From Mobula hypostoma (Eukaryota), in assembly GCF_963921235.1 (NCBI RefSeq), contig NC_086107.1:111416001-111480000 (forward strand): 64,000 nt of DNA, in the 5' to 3' direction. Positions 60,701 to 64,000 of the stretch are shown in pieces. The notes under the pieces were generated by a model, which worked only from the letters and a program-made list of their open reading frames with translations, searched no databases and was not told the origin of the DNA. Both the position numbers and the translations under genes were made by a program. How positions within the stretch are numbered: position 1 is the first letter of the stretch; each line of letters opens with the position of its first letter.

Positions 60701-63700
60701 CTGACAGTGAAGCACTCCCTCAGTACTGTCCCTTTCTCAGTGTGACACTCCCTCAGTACTGTCCCTCTGACAGTGAAGCACTCCCTCAATACTGTCCCTT
60801 TGTCAGTGTGACACTCCCTCAGTACTGTCCCTCTGACGGTGAAGCACTCCCTCAGTACTGTCCCTTTGTCAGTGTGACACTCCCTCAGTACTGTCCCTCT
60901 GACACTGAGGCAATCCCTCAGTACTGTCCCTCTGACAGTGTGACACTCCCTCAGTACTGTCCCTCTGACAGTGAGACACTCCCTCAGTACTGTCCCTCTG
61001 ACAATGAAGAACTCCCTCAGTACTGTCCCTCTGGCAGTGAGACACTCCCTCAGTACTGTCCCTCCCATAGTGAGACACTCCCTCAGTACCGTCCCTCTGA
61101 CAGTGAAGCACTCCCTCAGTACTGTCCCTTTGTCAGTGTGACACTCCCTCAGTACTGTCCCTCTGGCAGTGAGGCACTCCCTCCGTACTGTCCCTCCCAT
61201 AGTGAGACACTCCCTCAGTACTGTCCCTCTGACAGTGAAGCACTCCCTCAGTACTGTCCCTTTGTCAGTGTGACACTCCCTCAGTACTGTCCCTCTGACA
61301 GTGAAGCACTCCCTCAGTACTGTCCCTTTGTCAGTGTGACACTCCCTCAGTACTGTCCCTCTGACAGTGAGGTACTCCCTCAGTATCGTCGCTCTGTGAG
61401 GCACTCCCTCCATACTGTCCCTCCCTTAGTGAGACACTCCCTCACTACTGTCCCTCTGACAGTGAAGCACTCCCTCAATACTGTCCCTTTGTCAGTGTGA
61501 CACTCCCTCAGTACTGTCCCTCTGACAGTAAGACACTCCCTCAGTACTGTCCCTCCCATAGTGAGATACTCCCTCAGTACTGTCCCTCTGGCAGTGAGGC
61601 ACTCCCTCCGTACTGTCCCTCCCATCGTGTTACACTCCCTCAGTACTGTCCCTCTGACAGTGAAGCACTCCCTCAGTACTGTCCCTTTGTCAGTGTGACA
61701 CTCCCTCAGTACTGTCCCTCTGACAGTGAAGCACTCCCTCAGTACTGTCCCTCTGACAGTGAGACACTCCCTCAGTGCTGTCCCTCCGAAAGTGTGACAC
61801 TCCCTCAGTACTGTCCCTCTGACAGTGAGACACTCCCTCAGTACCGTCGCTCTGTGAGGCACTCCCTCCGTACTGTCCCTCCCATCGTGAGACACTCCCT
61901 CAGTACTGTCCCTCCGACAGTGTGACACACCCTCAGTACTGTCCCTCTGACAGTGAGACACTCCCTCAGTACTGTCCCTCTGACAGTGAAGCACTCCCTC
62001 AGTACTGTCCCACTGACAGTGAGACTCTCCCTCAGTGCTGTCCCTCCGAAAGTGTGACACTCCCTCAGTACTGTCCCTCTGACAGTGAGACACTCCCTCA
62101 GTACTGTCCCTCTGACACTGAGGCACTCCCTCAGTACTCTCCCTCTGACAGTGAAGCACTCCCTCAGTACTGTCCCTTTGTCAGTGTGACACTCCCTCAG
62201 TACTGTCCCTCTGGCAGTGAGGCACTCCCTCCGTACTGTCCCTCAAATCGTGTTACACTCCCTCAGTACTGTCCCTCTGACAGTGAAGCACTCCCTCAGT
62301 ACTGTCCCTTTCTCAGTGTGACACTCCCTCAGTACTGTCCCTCTGACAGTGAAGCACTCCCTCAGTACTGTCCCTTTGTCAGTGTGACACTCCCTCAGTA
62401 CTGTCCCTCTGACAGTGAAGCACTCCCTCAGTACTGTCCCTCTGACAGTGAGACACTCCCTCAGTACCGTCGCTCTGTGAGGCACTCCCTCCGTACTGTC
62501 CCTCCCATCGTGAGACACTCCCTCAGTACTGTCCCTCCGACAGTGTGACACACCCTCAGTACTGTCCCTCTGACAGTGAGACACTCCCTCAGTACTGTCC
62601 CTCTGACAGTGAGACACTCCCCCAGCACCATCCCTCTGACAGTGTGAAAACACCCTCAGTACTGTCCCTCTGACAGTGAGACGCTCCCTCTGACAGTGAG
62701 ACACTCCCTCAGTACTGTCCCTCTGACAGTGTGAGATTCCCTCAGTACTGTCCCTCTGACAGTGAGACACTCCCTCAGTACTCTCCATCTGACAGTGAGA
62801 CACTCCCTCAGTACCGTCCCTCTGACAGTGAGACACTCCCTCAGTACTCTCCCTCTGACAGTGAGATGCTCCCTCAGTACTGTCCCTCTAACAGTGCAAC
62901 ACTCCCTCGGCACTGTCCCTCTGTTAGTGGGACACCCCATCAGTACTGTCCCTCTGACAGTGTGACACTCCCTCAGTACCATCCCTCTGACAGGGAGACA
63001 TCCCTCAGAACCGTCCCTCTGACAGTGAAGCACTCCCTCAATACTGTCCCTTTGTCAGTGTGAAACTCCCTCAGTACTGTCCCTCTGGCAGTGAGACACT
63101 CCCTCAGTACTGTCCCTCTGACAGTGAAACACTCCCTCAGTACTGTCCCTTTGTCAGTGTGACACTCCCTCAGTACTGTCCCTCTGACAGTGAAGCACTC
63201 CCTCAGTACTGTCCCTTTGTCAGAGTGACACTCCCTCAGTACTGTCCCTCTGGCAGTGAGACACTCCCTCTGTACTGTCCCTCTGACAGTGTGACACTCC
63301 CTTAGTACTGTCCCTCTGACAGTGAGACACTCCCTCAGTACCGTCCCTCTGGCAGTGTGACACTCCCTCAGTACTGTCCCTCTGACAGTGAGGTACTCCC
63401 TCAGTACTGTCCCTCTGACAGTGTGACACTCCCTTAGTACTGTCCCTCTGACAGTGAGACACTCCCTCAGTACTGTCCCTCTGACAGTGAGACGCTCCCT
63501 CTGACAGTGAGATACTCCCTCAGTACTGTCCCTCTGACAGTGTGACACTCCCTCAGTACTGTCCCTCAGACAGTGAGACACTCCCTCAGTACTCTCCCTC
63601 TGACAGTGAGACACTCCCTCAGTACCGTCCCTCTGGCAGTGAGACACTCCCTCAGTACTCTCCCTCTGACAGTGAGATGCTCCCTCAGTACTGTCCCTCT

Positions 63701-64000
63701 AACAGTGCAACACTCCCTCGGCACTGTCCCTCTGACAGTGGGACACCCCATCAGTACCGTCCCTCTGACAGTGAAGCACTCCCTCAGTACTGTCCCTTTG
63801 TTAGTGTGACACTCCCTCAGTACTGTCCCTCTGACAGTGAAGCACTCCCTCAGTACTGTCCCTTTGTCAGTGTGAAACTCCCTCAGTACTGTCCCTCTGA
63901 CAGTGAAGCACTCCCTCAGTACTGTCCCTTTGTCAGTGTGACACTCCCTCAGTACTGTCCCTCTGACGGTGAAGCACTCCCTCAGTACTGTCCCTCTGAC
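51745..64000. repeat. 33-bp tandem satellite array (about 370 monomers, runs off the window end)
   Basis: Consensus GACAGTGAGACACTCCCTCAGTACTGTCCCTCT. Diverged edge monomers at 51745-51830, and recurrent 20-, 29- and 32-bp variant monomers. Confidence 0.99.

Noticed and set aside
51807..63809. Long repetitive ORFs (LPQYCPSDSET)n, (RGTVLRECLTV)n and (SHCQRDSTEGV)n, up to 384 aa
   Set aside because: These follow automatically from a 33-bp unit lacking stops in several frames. They are open on both strands at once and are repeatedly frameshifted by 20-, 29- and 32-bp monomers, so no frame is preserved.
51745..64000. CRISPR-like array
   Set aside because: Monomers are contiguous with only point variants. 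There are no unique spacers and no cas genes, and the context is vertebrate.
51780..64000. V(D)J recombination signal heptamers (GACAGTG resembles CACAGTG)
   Set aside because: The critical first C is missing in the consensus, there is no nonamer at 12/23 spacing, and no V/J segments are present.

Overview
Repeat-dense, non-coding vertebrate DNA, most likely from a cartilaginous fish (shark/ray). This is inferred from HE1-type V-SINEs, abundant CR1, Rex1/Babar-derived and Penelope-like elements, and a shark-type 33-bp satellite. I found no intact host protein-coding exon; all recognisable ORFs are transposon remnants (CR1 RT/C-terminus, Penelope GIY-YIG, Tc1 DNA-binding domain, hAT dimerisation domain) or satellite artefacts. 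Bases 1-51.7 kb are a mosaic of nested TEs with short unique islands. A CpG island at about 45.1-46.5 kb carries clustered GAS/ISRE/CRE motifs and a minus-strand splice donor, suggesting the promoter and non-coding first exon of an unidentified gene whose first intron may cover the left of the window. Bases 51.75-64 kb are a more than 12 kb array of a 33-bp hairpin-forming satellite with irregular higher-order structure. Highlights are: a dispersed family of Penelope-associated minimal hammerhead ribozyme motifs (one intact, 3701-3738); a probable Deu-SINE origin of the satellite monomer; a young CR1 split exactly into two oppositely oriented halves (probable 1.8 kb inversion); and a hAT-like element with a 6-bp TSD. 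Family names come from recalled consensus features, not from database searches, and most element boundaries are approximate.
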